A stretch of 53,328 nt of DNA, filler included, from Sphacelaria rigidula (GCA_964200075.2; 4 parts of 4 records of this genome joined end to end with filler, not necessarily neighbours in it), one strand, 5' to 3'; positions 1-14,064 are shown, counted from the first letter of the whole stretch. Notes: a model not told the origin generated them from the letters alone. Program-made: numbers and translations.

Positions 1-192
1 AGCCACGGCTTGTACACTGCCTCACGGGTGCCTAACAAGGGGAGGGGGGGGGGGGGTTAAAAGGAAGGGAGACATACACATCAATTCAAGAGGTGAGTGT
101 TGGGGTACGCTGGGCTTGAGTCGTCAGCTAATCGGTGCAAGTCTTTCAAGTGACTACCCGTACGATCGCACTATCGTAAAATATTTGGAGAA

Positions 193-3100
193 CTATTTTT
201 TGATCACAGTGAATACGACACGCCTTACGCCGACACCCACAGCGAGTTGCTTTCCATCGTCAGGTCCGTCGGAAAGCCATATTTCCTTCTCATTGACCCT
301 TTGATGATTCTTCGCGTCAATGCGACCAATTGAAAACGAACCCAGCGACGACAACCCCTTATCCGATACATGCACCAGTTGCGTATTACTTCAAATGTCA
401 CGAAGTAGCGGACGTTTTGGGTGAGTTGTTTGCTCCAACACTTGTGAGAGCAAGTGTAGGAGGTCGCTGAAGATGCGACAACTCGACAGTCACAGCAAGT
501 TGCACAGAAACGTCGGGTTGCATGCCGAGTGCTTGACTCTGGGTAAACTATGGTCTACCGCACCTAAGGCTTGATTGCCGGTATCGAGCGATGGGCAACC
601 GTTTCCGCCTGCCGCAGTTTTTTAATCGTCGAAAGGCCCTTTAAAAGGTGATACATCGTGGAGGGCGTTCCATCGATTGGGTAGTGATTGATTGTCTCAC
701 GTTAACATTAACCGATCCGCTATGAAGCCAGATGTAGGAAGATGGACGGTCGTACCCAAGGTGATAATCGGAAATATTCGCTGAAGGAAACTCGACAAAG
801 GGGAGGTATGAAGAAAAAGAAAAAACAGGGTGAACTGCGACCAGTAGCACCCACAACTGCCTCTCTTGCAAACTGGGATACCTCATGACAGCAAACGCAC
901 GGGTCACGCGTGCTGCCCTCACCGCAGACGTATCCGACCGGCGCAGACGGTCTGGGGCGGAGCCCATGCCCACTGGCACTGCGGACACAGCGCGGTAGTA
1001 CTCACTCCAGAGATACCACAACACGTGGAGTGTGTGTACGATATGGACGATAATCAATCAAGATAACATCGCAGGCACATAGTGGTTGATGACCACCGCA
1101 TGTATACAGGCGATGTCTTGCATAGTCTTACCTTAAAAAGACTCGATCGCAACAGTTTATTTTGTAGGCGCACGATGAATATGAGCATCATGGGGAGGGC
1201 ATACAGTTCCATGCGTGATCTGGTGCCAGAGAAACCGAACTTTGGAACAACACGTCATGTATTCCCCTACGACTTAGTTTTCCGTACACACAAATTGAGC
1301 TGCATGAAACACACCCGCATCGGTTGACTGCGTTCGCCTGTGCCTCATCCACGAAGAGTTTTCGGCTTGGTGTTTTCTCCGTAGTTTTAGCATACCCTGG
1401 ACAATAGAATACACAGTTCACAAGTGTACTGCGAACAGTATCGACCATTGCGCCTATTGCAACAGACACTAGATTCTATACTGTACGCAGTACATGTTTG
1501 GACAACAGCATCTTTTGTCCAGGGTGTGAGTTTTAGGGGTCTCTTTTGTGCCGAGGACTGCTTACTTGATGAAATAAGCCAATCGCCCGGCTGTAGATTC
1601 ACGCGCCCCGTTCTCGTCTAGCGCAACCGTCACAGCAAGAAGAGAACCCCGGAAACAGTGTTCAAGAAAACCGCGCCTTCTACATTGCAGGAAATAAAAT
1701 CGTGAGCTGCGCGATGTCATAGTTCTCCCCAGTTGTAGACATGGCCATGCATCGTCCAAAATATGCTACAACCACTGCTGACATGGATTGACCCGAATTT
1801 TCATTTTTGCACAGGGCGGATAGTATGACACTCAACAGCCATGGTTCAGAAGACGAAGCGACAACCAACAGGGTTTCCGATAGTTTCAACGCGTTAGAGA
1901 CGAGTCACACCAGGAACAAGTATTGCGAGGTAAGAGGTGACAAGGTAGCCCGACCACCTTGGCTGCTATGATTGCCATACGGATGACGGGTCAATGGTCA
2001 AGTCTCCTCCATAACACGTTATACACGTGGCCATGGTGAATACTTGAGGACTGAGGTCATTCAAATGCATATGACACATGTTACTACTCCCACTTCGGAA
2101 TGTAGTACACCGTATCAAATCTGCGGCCAAGCTTGTCCACGATGCGTACCGTTGTCGTGCCATTGCCGGAAGAGGCACTCCCACACGACTTGTGTCGATT
2201 TAGCCTTCCAACGGTGCGGTATTGTGCGACAAACACGAGCCGCAATTTTTGAGCGGTAGTGGGTTGACGAAGTCGAAGGACAGAGTGCGTCCGTCATTGC
2301 AGTTTCGGCCATTTCACGTGGCAGCCGCTGAGCTCTCGTTCCAGCACCATCAAGCTCCTATTTCGCAGTGAATTGCACACATGCTTCTTGTCACAGCATG
2401 CACGTCCAACACAGCGGAGCATCCGAGGTCACTGTGCGAACGACGGCGTCTTGACTCACTTTCTGAAACATTTTGACCCTATATGTCGCGTAAATGAGCC
2501 AACAGCCGGTCTCAAGGCACGAGTACAGGAGAAATCAAACCTACAGGTCACGGCAAGAAAAAACGCAGAGATTTAGCTGGCAGTAAACGGGTACAGCATG
2601 TATTCCTGTGTCTTGTGCGCCGCTTGCTGCAGTAAGTAAGCTTCATGCGCCTTGCTCAGCCAAAAGAGTGGAGAACCCTGTATTTGTAAACCACCTCTGA
2701 TTTCATGGCGTCAGATCGATGGCTGTTTTCATCACACTCGTCCTTGTTTAGGATTCGTACCTACGTCAGCCCGTTGATAACCGATTTACTGTAGAGTTGA
2801 CTTTGAGGGTTATATCTGCGAACCAATTCTCAACCGATAAATCGCCAGCTCATCACCATAGAGCTCGAATACCATGATCGAAGCGGACGAGCCCGCATGT
2901 GTTTTTCTTTCCTTGCTTCAACCACGGTAAAATTGACGGAATTTTCTCCTCGTCTTTGTGTCCGGAAATACGTGGCATACGGTTCTCTTCGCGGGTAGTA
3001 CAACGGGTGCTCTCGTACTGCCAAGTATGGCCCAAAGAACGGACCGGCAACCCTGTGCAGGGATCACAAGAAGGCCGGCATGTTCACCACTCGCAAAGGA

Positions 3101-3787
3101 CAGCTGCTCGTCTCAACTCAAGATGGTGAGCAATGCATCTGTTTCATACGAAGTACATCAAGTCATGCGAAGTGTGCAGTGTGGTACTTTTGTCCAACTT
3201 CCCGCGTCATGTTGGAGGCGAATGACTGGAGACATCCCGTTATTGAGTGGGAAACACTCTGCGCGCCACGAGGTGCGTGTGGTCCACGCCGTCAATTTGT
3301 GCATGTCGGCACTTCGAGGGGGGTCACCAGCGTTGAACCAATCCAACGAATGCGAGAGTGAAGCACGCCGTCTATTAGGTTGAAGAGACGAAACGAACAG
3401 ACGTGACTTGCTAACGATCGCACCACAAATGGTGCACAGCCAGGGTTTGGGCAGCCGAAGCCATGAGGAGATATTTGTCACAATGTTTGGCACTGTTTTG
3501 AGCCTTGCACCTAGTAAAAGAATACCTTCGAAATGAGGTCGAAGCATAAATAAAACGAGTTTCAACTCTAAAACAGTGCTTCCTCTGGTTCTAAAGTCAT
3601 GAAAATGGATTTTTACATGGACGACCTCATGTCCCCCGACCTCCCTGAAACTACTTTTGGGTGCTTTACGTGTTCCGTTCGCCCAAAGTGGTATGTGGGA
3701 AAGCACCTTGTTGCATCGATTTCGGGGTAAAAAAAGACGCTCAGTTGGCAACCTCGAAACCTTCTGACGGTTGGGACGCGTGTTCAA
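193..3787 (-). pseudogene. Decayed coding region of unknown product (probably intron-containing)
   Basis: Chain of protein-like minus-strand fragments (209-aa ORF 3158-3787; 2115-2312; 1680-1889; 1188-1469) separated by scattered stops. Minus-strand splice-like signals: polypyrimidine+TAG near 2540, polypyrimidine+CAG near 781, GTGAGT near 1005. No family recognised; boundaries approximate. Confidence 0.3.
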
Positions 3788-4149
3788 ATCTCGGTGTAAT
3801 CACACGATCTGGGAGTGTATCTCACATGATGTCTCTCTAACAGGGGAGAGCGATTATGTCGTGGGTACACAAAGTTCGACTTAACGGTCGACGAGAGAAA
3901 ACGACCGCTAACCCTTCTCGCGACAAAAAGAAGAGCAAGTGCCGCAGAAGGGAGGCGCAGTACTGAAACAAAAGAAAAGGATGACGTCTCCTGTGTTGAC
4001 TTCCCTCCTGTTTGACCGCGGCTGATGCGCGCACATACACCGAAAGGTGTAGATTAGTGTGCAGAATAGATGGGATGACAACACCACATCAGCATTACGT
4101 TTATGCCGGGTTTCTCTTGCGCACTCTCTGGTCCCCTCCCTACTTGTAG

Positions 4150-4401
4150 GTCGCCTACGCCGCAGTACCACCAGAAAACAGCAGTCCACGGTGCCAGTAC
4201 CTGCGCCTGTTGTCAGCAATGTCACCAAAAATGACACCTCACCACCACCATCCGTCGGCAAATCGTCACCGTCCGTCGACTAAGTACCTACATCGGTCGG
4301 CAAATCACCTACATCGGTCGGCAAATCACCTATATCAGTCGGCAAATCACCTACACCAGGTGAAGAGAGTCGCGGTGTGTCTGTCGACGAAGCATCGCCA
4401 A
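4150..4401 (+). pseudogene. Exon-like Ser/Pro/Thr-rich segment with an in-frame stop
   Basis: Bounded by ccctccctacttgtAG and GTgagc. Reads ...STTRKQQSTVPVPAPVVSNVTKNDTSPPPSVGKSSPSVD*VPTSVGKSPTSVGKSPISVGKSPTPGEES. Confidence 0.35.
4287..4355 (+). repeat. 21-bp tandem repeat (CCTACATCGGTCGGCAAATCA, about 3.3 copies)
   Basis: Directly visible, with a degenerate copy near 4250. The period is a multiple of 3 and encodes PTSVGKS. Confidence 0.9.
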
Positions 4402-5972
4402 GTGAGCATATTCACTTGAGTTTGCTTGAGATTGAGTTAAGCAGTAGGGTCTACAAAGGGGTATCTAGAGGGGCAAGCTCGTGTGAGGCGCTCGGATGGT
4501 GAGTACGCCGCAGTAGCTACCGATGCCACTCTGATGTGCGCGTTGTGAGTGACGGTCTGCGATGTACTCGGTAGAAGAGCTTGGGTGGATGTTTCGCGCA
4601 CTCCAACCATCCTTGACGTATCGTATGCACGACTCCGCCGTGAATAGCAACCGATGTTTCGCGAGGTTCTGGAAGAAACGTGATCTTCTCTGCGCTCTGT
4701 CGGTAGATTCGCTGGCCTTCTTAGCGTGCCAAACTACAGGCGACGCGAACACGGGGCAGCTAAAAGGAGAAACAAATTGCTGTGCTTTATTATGATGTTA
4801 CAATTCTGAGTATGTTGCAGTAGTGCTAAAATCATATATGGTCTGGCCATGCAGCACCAAGAACAACTAACGCACAAATGTTACCTGTGAAAGTGACCTG
4901 CCGGGACGGCTAACGACGTGGTTCGTTCGAGCCGGAACTCCTGGAGTTTGGGATGTCAAATGTTGAGAATGATCATAGTAGGATTTGTGATGCCCCATGT
5001 CCGACTGTATCTTCTTGGGAGAAAGAACGCGTTACTGTCATATGTAGTTCGTGATGTTTAACGCACCCTTATTACGTCCATGCGGGTTAATCTGACCTTA
5101 TACTAATCCGCAGAGATCATACCGAAGAGGTGCCAAGCTACTGGCTGCAACAAGCCCAGCGTTGGTTCAATGCGAGGTGAGCCCTGGTGTGTGGTAAATG
5201 GCCCCATTTACCTCCTCGAGTAGTGCGCTGACTGTGCATATAAGTACTATTCGCCCTCCTCCGCCGCGTTTCCCCTGTGAGGGTTGGCATCGGTTGGCAA
5301 CGACGCTGTTAAACACGCCGCTCGCTGCGTAAGCTAGGGAATCAAGTTACGGTGTTTTTTTCGCTTTCATTTTGTTGCGGTAGCCGTGATGGTGGTCGAA
5401 CTAGTTCATATTGTGTGGGGTGGAGAAGTCGAACTTCGCGCAAAGGGGATGCTCGTACCACGTAATGTTTATAAGGTGAGACACCCATGAGGCAGTGCGT
5501 ATCCCGTGGCTGTCTCTGGAAGTGGCGATACCAGAAAATGAAGCAACTAATTTTGGGCTGTCATCCATATGCAAGATAATCAGTCCGCATCGGGCGGAGC
5601 TACGCTTGCAGGATGCCGCTCACCCATCATGCAACTCGCCGAAAACATCACGGCGCTTCGTGCTTGGTGATTGAGTGCAGGCCTGGTCCGGCGAAAAACC
5701 GGCGTGCTCCTTCCCGGCCTTGTATGGATGCGAGGTCAATGGTCCTATGACTATGGCATGCATGCATGATCATGAGTACACCCTCCCCCCCTTCCCCCCA
5801 CTCCCGCGTTTCACGCGACATGAGACAGGCATGTGGGGGGGCATCGATCAACACTCACTCTATCACATGGTATTATCGCGTGGTTGTAGTGGGATTTAAC
5901 CATTCAACCACGAAGCAGTCCATTTGAGCCGATGTATGCCGATGCACCAACATGTGTATTGCTTGTTGTTTA

Positions 5973-7479
5973 TAGGCTGGTTCACGGAAAAACAAAAAAC
6001 TGTCATCAGCAAATGCCTTCGGCAATACGCACCCAATAGTCGCATACATGGTATCATACTGACTGCAATGAACAGACGAAGAGGGTGGCATAGACGGATT
6101 TGTTTTTAAGGCTATAGCGGTGGCGCTATGGACAAAGATATGTCTCGACCAATCGGCGCCTTTCAAACTGTTATGAAACTGAAAATACGAATTCCAAGCC
6201 CAATTTCGACCGAATCGTCACATGCTTCAAACCGTAGCGACCGTCATCACCTCAAGAATTTAACGGGAGAAACGGATTCGAAAACGGTTCCAACGGGGTC
6301 GAATTATACCCGAAACCGTAATGTTTCGATGATGTGGAGTTTGACGTGCTCTAATTTCCACTCATGATACGCAGGAAAGACCCAGGGAGCCTCGTGACGA
6401 TTTCCCTTGTATCTGTTGTAGAAAAGCTGAGATCATCCTCAGACTTGGTAGTTCCGTAGATATAGATGCTCCAAATGGAAAAATTGTGTTCTTCGGAAGG
6501 GTTCAAAGTTTATCCGCTCTCTACCGGCTTTCGGGGGTCCCAGTCCAAAGACTCCCGAAAGGCGGTACAGAATGACCCGAAAACAAATAATGACATGATG
6601 CGTCCCAGGATGGTCCAAGGAACACGTGTACAATTTTTGGTGGAGAAACTCAAAAATCTCATACAGTTTTTCCTGCCTTGTTGTGAAATTCACCCTAAAA
6701 GATGTGTTCATACTCAAACCAAGTAGTTAGGATTTTGCACGTTTTAAGCTCACATCCTCGCACAAACGCGCAAATCTTCACATTTGTTAGGAGCTAGACC
6801 CTGAAACCTTGCACAAATTTGCTACGAATCATTACGCAAGATTCGATCGACGAGCTTTTTCTACTTCTGGATTTTTTTTACCGTTTCTCGGGGGTCCGAC
6901 ACGGGATCCAAGACGTTTTTTCGAATTAATCCATTCTGGGACCCCCCCAAACCGGCACTACAGTCTTTTTTTTTTTGTCGCGAACGCTCTGCCAACGCAA
7001 AACCCAAGGAAGAACCCCACAGTTTCGTGGCTAAACTCGATTGACCGGTGCTTGAATTTCCATGTTCCACGTCGAAAAAGGCCCGAAACGCTATTTTCAT
7101 ACTAAAATCTACTACTTTGCCGTTTTACCGTGGCACGGCAAGGCTCATCGCACAAACCCGAAAACCTTCACGCCGTTTTAAGGAGTTAGACCCTGAAATT
7201 TTGCACAGGTGTGCTATGGGTCATTACGCAACTTTGTATATACGATTTTTTTTTTTTTACCGTTTACGGGGGTCCGACTCGATCGAAGTTTTCCCGACAA
7301 AACTGGGACCCCGGAAAAATGGTAAAAAAAGTCAAAAAATGAAAAAAGAAAACCTCGTCCTTACAAAATTACGTGATGGCTCATATAACACCTGTGCAAA
7401 ATTTCAGGGTCAAACTCCTTGGAACGGCGTGAAGTTTTGCCGATGAGTGTATTTTTTTTTTTTCCCGTGAACCAGCCTG
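5973..7479. mobile_element. Non-autonomous Tc1/mariner-type TIR element (1.5 kb)
   Basis: TA|TAGGCTGGTTCACGGAAAAA ... TTTTCCCGTGAACCAGCCTG|TA, i.e. TIRs with a TA duplication at 5971-5972 and 7480-7481. Internal direct repeat at about 6755-6900 / 7145-7310. Perfect 24-bp inverted pair GACCCTGAAATTTTGCACAGGTGT / ACACCTGTGCAAAATTTCAGGGTC. No transposase ORF. Confidence 0.8.
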
Positions 7480-7481
7480 TA

Positions 7482-10400
7482 CGGTTTCTTCTGTGGTTAA
7501 AATTACAAACTATTCATGATCAAAAGGTCAACCATGTGTCAAGTTTTCTTTCTGGGGGATCCGGCACCGTTCCGGGTTGAAGTCGATCTTTACGGTGAAA
7601 TCCGCTTGGAAGTATATCGTTTGTGCTGTTCTGAAATTAGTCTCTCTTCGTTCGTTTTTTGCCCCAGTACCTGTTTCCACCTCGTGTTTTTCAATCTTAA
7701 AAGGCAGCTATTTTGTCAAGAAATTCCAATGCAACCCGAGGAGTTTAGAGATTCGACAATAGAAGCAATGTGATTTGAGATGACCAGTTCCCGCTGACCT
7801 CGTATCTAAGAACAGTTGTAAGGAGGAGCCCTCGCTGATGTTGCGGTATCAAACACGTGAAATGACAGCGTTTCGCTTTTTCTAGGAGTGCTGGATTGTG
7901 CATGAGCCACTCTCACCTTGTGGTCAATACTTCATTGTCGTTGGTCGCTGACAAAGTATTGTCTCCCTTGAGACTGAAGCACCGGTGATAGTGAAAAATG
8001 ACAAAATGTGTGAGCAATCTTCACGTGAATGAATCAATGCACGCAGAAAGAATCTCATAACACAATTTTCTGTAACTTTTACATCATATCTTTCGTCCAA
8101 AACCGCATTACATACTTGTATTCCAGATTCTCTCCTCAACAGTTCTGCGGCAATACGCACCGTATACCTGCTCCTACGCTATCAGGCGTATGTATTTGTT
8201 CTTTTTGTTCGAGGCGAAGCGACGCACACAAATCAGCCACGACGTTTCTACCCATGAGCGCCTAGGGACGGCATCATTGGATGGGGATATTCACATAGTC
8301 GCCACAACACGAGTGTCAGCGTGAAGTGCACAGGGCTCCGGTAGTGGTTTCAAAAGCAGAATTTCCGTTAGACATCTCATTCCCCTCTCGATTTTGACTC
8401 TGGCACCCGTCACTCTTTGCGAAGTGGTTTTGGATGAGGGCGAAAACCGCTTTGCTGAATCCCACATACGCGCTGAGGTAGCTACGACTAGGCCCAGGTT
8501 GATCCTGGAGGTTGTTAACCCGCAACGAAGTCCTACTCTTGATATGTCTAGTGACGAAAGTACGTCTATGTACGCGTGCGAGTGCCAGCCCTTCATCTGT
8601 ATCTGATCTCATTACGTTTAGGTGCATATTGGCGAAGGAATAAGGACTATGCGCGAAATGTTAGATGGAGTCCTGCCATGGTGAAGCAATTTTCGGTACG
8701 ACTGTGCATGGTTCCTAGACTATGTCTCAACGAAACAACAAGAGTTCACAAACGACAGTGCAATACTCCTTGCTTTCGAAGTTCTGGGAGAAACTCGCCC
8801 GGTGGTGAATGTAATAGTCATGCTCAGACGGAAATTGCTTTGCGGCAACGTTTGGAAGTGCCCCTTGTCGACTGTCTCTTGCCCGCTCGGTGTCACAGTT
8901 TGTCCGTGCTGTGTTCGCACGCATGTGTGTATACGCCAGCTTCTTATCGGCCGAGTTTCACATCGACGCAGTAGGGGTATGTAGTGACCAACCATACGTC
9001 CAGCACCACAAACCTTTGGCAACAAAAACAACACGAAAGCACGTGAAACATTTGGTCGCCTAGTAAGTGCCGCGATTATACAGAGTCCCACGAATCCACA
9101 AGCATTGATGACGGTCCTTCTCGGCCTTTCATCTACATGTTGCAACGGCAGGAGCTTTCTGCAACTGCTGCCCTGACCACATGTTGATCACAGCAAAAAA
9201 ACGCAGCAAACTTCCAATTTCGCTACGAGCGACATTTCAAGACAAGCTCGAGGTGAACGGTAGTCTGTTTTCACACAGCTCTCCCACGTCGCCTTCCTCG
9301 CGTTTTGTGTATGGTTCCTTGTTTGGCAACTGTATTTGCAGGCAAGAAACGGCCATCATTCTGCGATGACCACACGGAAACGGACGTGAGCACCGCTAAG
9401 GAAACGTCTTGCCTGTACCCCGGGTGAGCCAAGAGCGGTACTGTCCCCACACGCTAACGTTCCAGTAGGTTGCAGGACATGAACCGCCCGTGGTTATATG
9501 GCATCTCAGCACTGAGATCTCGTGTCATCATGATTGGTGTTCGGAACGGGAGTGGTCCTTGCTCGGGTGATACCTGATGCTGTTATGGTGATTGCCAGAC
9601 AAATAGCACCGTAGAGAATACTCGGGGAGGGGGGAGCATCGACGAAGGCAGATATGGTAAATCCTGTGCATTATGGTTTGTGGCACCGGCCGATTGTCGT
9701 GGTTCCTTGGCGTGTTTGACCTCCTAAATGGATGCGAAGACTACGGGCACATATTCCGCGACCACAGCTGAGGAGAACGCGTTACAGCAACATCTTGCGT
9801 AAGGCTCATTGCTCTAGTTTAGATGTCCTTGCTCAGGAAAGCTGTTGCTTTGCCGGTGCCGTATCCGAGTAGCTACACGCACGTCACAAGATTCACAAGA
9901 TTCGGTGTGCTGATTTTCCGTTTCCGATATAGCAGCTGGGTCTCAGCTGCTCATATATTGTGCTGCTGCGTGTTCATGTTTTTGTCGCGGTTGCTCAGAC
10001 GGTCTGGTGTTTTGCGTACTCCGTGGAACAATCAGCTTATGTGTTTGTTCTCTCCGTCAACGTGCACAGGAGGTTCGCCAAGCATTCCCGTCGTGTTACC
10101 TCTGTCCAGATGTCGGGTGAAAGCACGACGAAAGTGGCTCATGGGCACTTACCACCGCCGCACCCACGTATACCGCTGCTTACCCCTTCTGTTTGCGGAG
10201 CCAAGCCTTAGCCTCGTGTGGAACCAAACGCTTTTCACCCAGCCTGGCTATTTCTCCCGATGAGCATACAGCGTTTCTGGTGAAATAGAGGTTCCCTGCA
10301 GCTTTCGACTTGAAGCATAAAGCTGAATCACGCAGTCACTCAATGCCTACGAGATTCAGAACTGCCGGGCAACCTCAGACGTTATTTCTGGTTTCGCCTG

Positions 10401-12400
10401 CTCGTACGTGACACCAGGTGCAGCACTCGACCTCGTTACGGGATTCCCGGAGGACGTCCAGTTTACTGCACCATCCACAAAAAGGCGGGCATGATACACA
10501 TCCAGAAGACTTCCCGCACTCACAGCAAGACGGCAGAAGAAGAAAATATCAGGTATTCATGTGTAAACACGGTGTACCGTGTGACCTTACGCTTGACGAG
10601 GTTGTAACGTTCATGTCCAGTGTCTAGCTCTTCATGAGCAAATCATGTTTCAAGATACTCAGCCTCAGAGTGAAAATTGCTTGGGCTACTGGTGAGAGTA
10701 TGCGGTTCTATCTGCACTCTCCTCAAATAACGCAAATTTCAGGTGCACCGATGAAGAAGTAATATCGCGTTGACGATAGGTATACTGTGTTCATGAAAAG
10801 GCGAAGTGAGTGTGCACACAGTCAGTAGTATACGGCGTTGTGATACGCGCACAAGGCGCAGAGACACTTTTCCCGGACCGTAGCAAACGCTGATTCATAG
10901 AAGGGAATCTTCGCGCCATCTCGCACTCACCACTCGTTCTGATCTGTGCTGTGCTCACCGATCAAAATGTTGCAATGTGGAAACCTTGTGCTTCTTCCTC
11001 ACCTACATCGTAGAAGGCATGTTTTTGGGATAAAGGTAGCAGAGATAGGTGACCTGCAATTTCGTCATTTTCTCGCGCGAGAGCAAAACGGAACTACGCA
11101 GTTATCTCGACATGCTGCCCCCCGGTGGTGAAACTGGTTTGTCATCATCAGTTGAAAGGGTTTTTTCGGGCTCGGATTCGGATAGTAGTGGGTTCTTCTG
11201 TGTTTTGCTGTCCGAAAACGCGAAAGCGAGGTTGACAAAATGGAAAAATTGATGAAAGTCAACGGCCTGCGAGAGTGTTGATTTAAAGCTCGGTAGCAAA
11301 GTGCAAGGCAAGCACAGGTAAAGAAAAGTGTTGATCCCTCGGCTCTACGGGCTCGTCGGGAGGAGGCGAGAGGTCGCAGGAATTACGAGAAAAACAAGGA
11401 GTTCAGGCCAGAAAAGGTTTACGTTCGTGTCTTTTGCCCTCCAAATACTTATCTTTGTTCACAAAATCGCGCACGTGGTACGACATGTTGCAAGCACTGT
11501 TCTTCGAATTCGTTCGACAAATCGGTTGGGAATATGTGTTGCACCTGTGCCTCGGAAACAAGCGTGTTCCAGGTTCATGCAACCCATGCGTAGACTGGGT
11601 CTTTTCAAATCCATATACACAGTACCTTGGTTAGGTCGAATTTTCCCAGGTACATCCGATGTGATTTTTTGTATATCTTCGATATCTTTTCTGGACTGCC
11701 ATCCCAACGATTTGAAGGTTAGTGCAAGCTACATCCAGTACCTCATGCAATCAGCGCGCATAGCTACCCAAATACCCAGCACAGGAAACCATGACACCAG
11801 TATAGTCAATCCTTCACGAGCCCGTGTGCCGTTCAGGAACAGAGCAATGACTAAACCCGACGACTTATTTCGGAAATATACTTCCGAGTCTCTCGGTGCC
11901 AACCAACTCGTTGGCATTTTCGGAGGAACTATGAGGCTATTTTGTGTTTTCGTTTTCCGGCTCTCACCATCGCGTCGAAAACGAAGTGTTCGCTCGTGTC
12001 GAGCACACCGTAGAATCACCCAGCATCTATCTCCCGAGGTAAAGCGTAGGTTGTGGTCGAGAGTGTATTCTTCGTGGTAAGTTCCTCAGTAGTGCGTTCT
12101 ATCATTTCGTCCATGAAATAAATTTGATGGGAACGTGATGCAGATGGACCGTCGTTTGACGCACAAGTACAGTTTTGCCATTTATTTCTCTAGGCATTGG
12201 TACAACCCGTATCCCAGCTCGTTGTGCCCGAAGACTTTCTAGAAACGCAGTTTTTGCAGAGGACCCGATTTTGACCAACAACAGTACCTTTTGGGGCGAA
12301 ATTACACCAAGGTATAGCTTTTGCTGGACTTGAGTCCAAAAGCGAATCAAACGTGCACGTTTATTCCACGGCCCGCTGACGATATCTCGTAATTCAGTGA
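7482..12400 (-). pseudogene. Decayed multi-exon gene(s) with short introns, unknown product
   Basis: Intron 10930-10785 (GTGAGT ... TACTGAC branch ... ACACAG) splices in phase to PHCNILIGEHSTDQNE-C-IPIVNAILLLHRCT*NLRYLRRVQIEPH...FAHEELDTGHERYNLVKRKVTRYTVFTHEYLIFSSSAVL. The next donor GTGAGT is at 10523. Other protein-like minus fragments at 7924-8160, 11102-11311, 11459-12019 and 12102-12420. Outer boundaries approximate. Confidence 0.45.
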
Positions 12401-12846
12401 ACGTGGGACCGCGAAAAGTACATCCGCTAAGGACACGACGGAATCCTCCGGGACAAGGAAGAAACGTTCGCTTACGAACGAAAAACAAGTACCAAGCTCT
12501 GAGGGAAAGGACCATGAGCCGGCTGCAGGCGACACGGCAAAAGTCAACACTTCCAACACCAAGACTCCTCGGGCGCCGGTCGTCATAGTTAAGAAGACGG
12601 TGACAAAAACGGCGGTGAAGCGTCACACAAAACAAGAACAGCGGGAAGCAAGCAGTGCGCCGGGAGCAGGCGGCAAGAAACAGAAAAAAGTAGTGAAAGT
12701 GAAGGGCAGCGTGCCGTCTATTCCTGCCAGCAGCGAACTGCAACAGGAGGGGAAGAGATTGACGGAAAAGGATAAGCCTCAGGATTCTCCTTTGTCGCCG
12801 GCGGCGTCGTCGCCGTCTCCTCCCCCAGCTGTGTCCTCGCAAAAAG
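12398..12846 (+). CDS. Putative exon encoding a Lys/Ser/Thr/Pro-rich disordered segment
   Basis: GCTGAC branch-like motif and aattcAG acceptor at 12397. Open frame ERGTAKSTSAKDTTESSGTRKKRSLTNEKQ...PSPPPAVSSQK, ending at the AAAAG|GTGAGA donor at 12847. Confidence 0.4.
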
Positions 12847-13261
12847 GTGAGATATCAACTGTTTGCAGCAGAGATGCAATGATGGCGCTATTTCACTCGA
12901 GGATGTTTGTGTACATCGATTTGACGCCACGTACGTTGTGGATGAAAAATATTGAGCTGTACCAGATGCGATATGTCTTCTAAATACGTCCCTCAGGACG
13001 CCTCCAAGGTTGTGTGAGGGGTGTCATGGAACGTGCGTGCACGGTACATTGCACAAACATCCCCCCACCTTCGCGGCTAGGTTACTTGTCCGCCTTGTCT
13101 CGCCCCCCTGGTCCCAACGTTACATGCGGTCCTGATCACCTCACCATGCCTACAACCCTACCCACTAAACACTGGCAGGCAAACAAAGACCAGGAGCATC
13201 TACCGCGCCCGCTCAACGAGCACAGAGTCCACGCCCACGCTTGACGGACATGTCGGGAGCA

Positions 13262-13361
13262 NNNNNNNNNNNNNNNNNNNNNNNNNNNNNNNNNNNNNNN
13301 NNNNNTTAATTAATTAANNNNNNNNNNNNNNNNNNNNNNNNNNNNNNNNNNNNNNNNNNNN
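13262..13361. other. Artificial scaffold-joining spacer (N44-TTAATTAATTAA-N44)
   Basis: Exactly 100 bp: a 12-mer giving stops in all six frames, padded by Ns. Identical to the other two spacers. Confidence 0.97.
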
Positions 13362-13420
13362 TCGAGACGGAACACCGTTCCTACTCCTAATAGAGACACC
13401 TACAACATTCTGGCGCTCAT
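13362..13420 (-). mobile_element. LINE 3'-end fragment truncated by the scaffold edge
   Basis: Matches 26793-26855 and is the reverse complement of the tail near 41060-41120. Confidence 0.65.
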
Positions 13421-14064
13421 TGTCCAAATTAGGGGGGAAAACAACTGCACATTTCAGCCGCATCTCATGGAAGGCGCCACCGCGATTATAAATCTGATTG
13501 CGCTGAACTCCCTTCAGATCACGGGCCTTCACGGGGGTGACGGTCGTTTCGGGCGATTAGACCGCCTCGTTATAAACAACGCAAAACCTCCCGTTCCGAA
13601 AGCAAAATCCGTTCTGAATCTCGCGAACATGTTATCATAGCCAGATGACCTACCTACCCTCGCGGTCAAAGGGTTGAACGATTCCGTTCAAGCTTTGGTT
13701 CGTGGCTGAACACCTCGTACATGTATCGAAAGGTATACCCCATGTGTTCGACACCAAATCACAGCTGCTTCCGGGTACTTGGAAAAATATATGCCCTTCG
13801 TGACGCAGAAAATGACTGGTGGATTATATCATTAATTTCAACACGACAATTTTTTTTCTCTGGCAATTAGATGTTCAAACATAGTAGACCACTACACTAT
13901 TTGCAACTGCATGTGTACTGTAATACTGTGCCATTTTTGCTTCATCTCACTGTACGACTCTTTTACTGTCCCCAAGAGCGCAGTGGCCAAGGCTTGCTCG
14001 GTGCGCTCGAATATAGATGCGTGTATACACGACGAGTAGTGTGCTGGTGCATGTGTCGTGTAAA

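Noticed and set aside
11328-12080. 250-aa plus-strand ORF as an intact gene
   Set aside because: Non-ATG start and Arg/Ser-rich composition typical of a shadow frame. The splice evidence nearby favours the minus strand.
13306-13317. TTAATTAATTAA as a biological motif
   Set aside because: It is centred in N padding three times with identical geometry, so it is an assembly linker.
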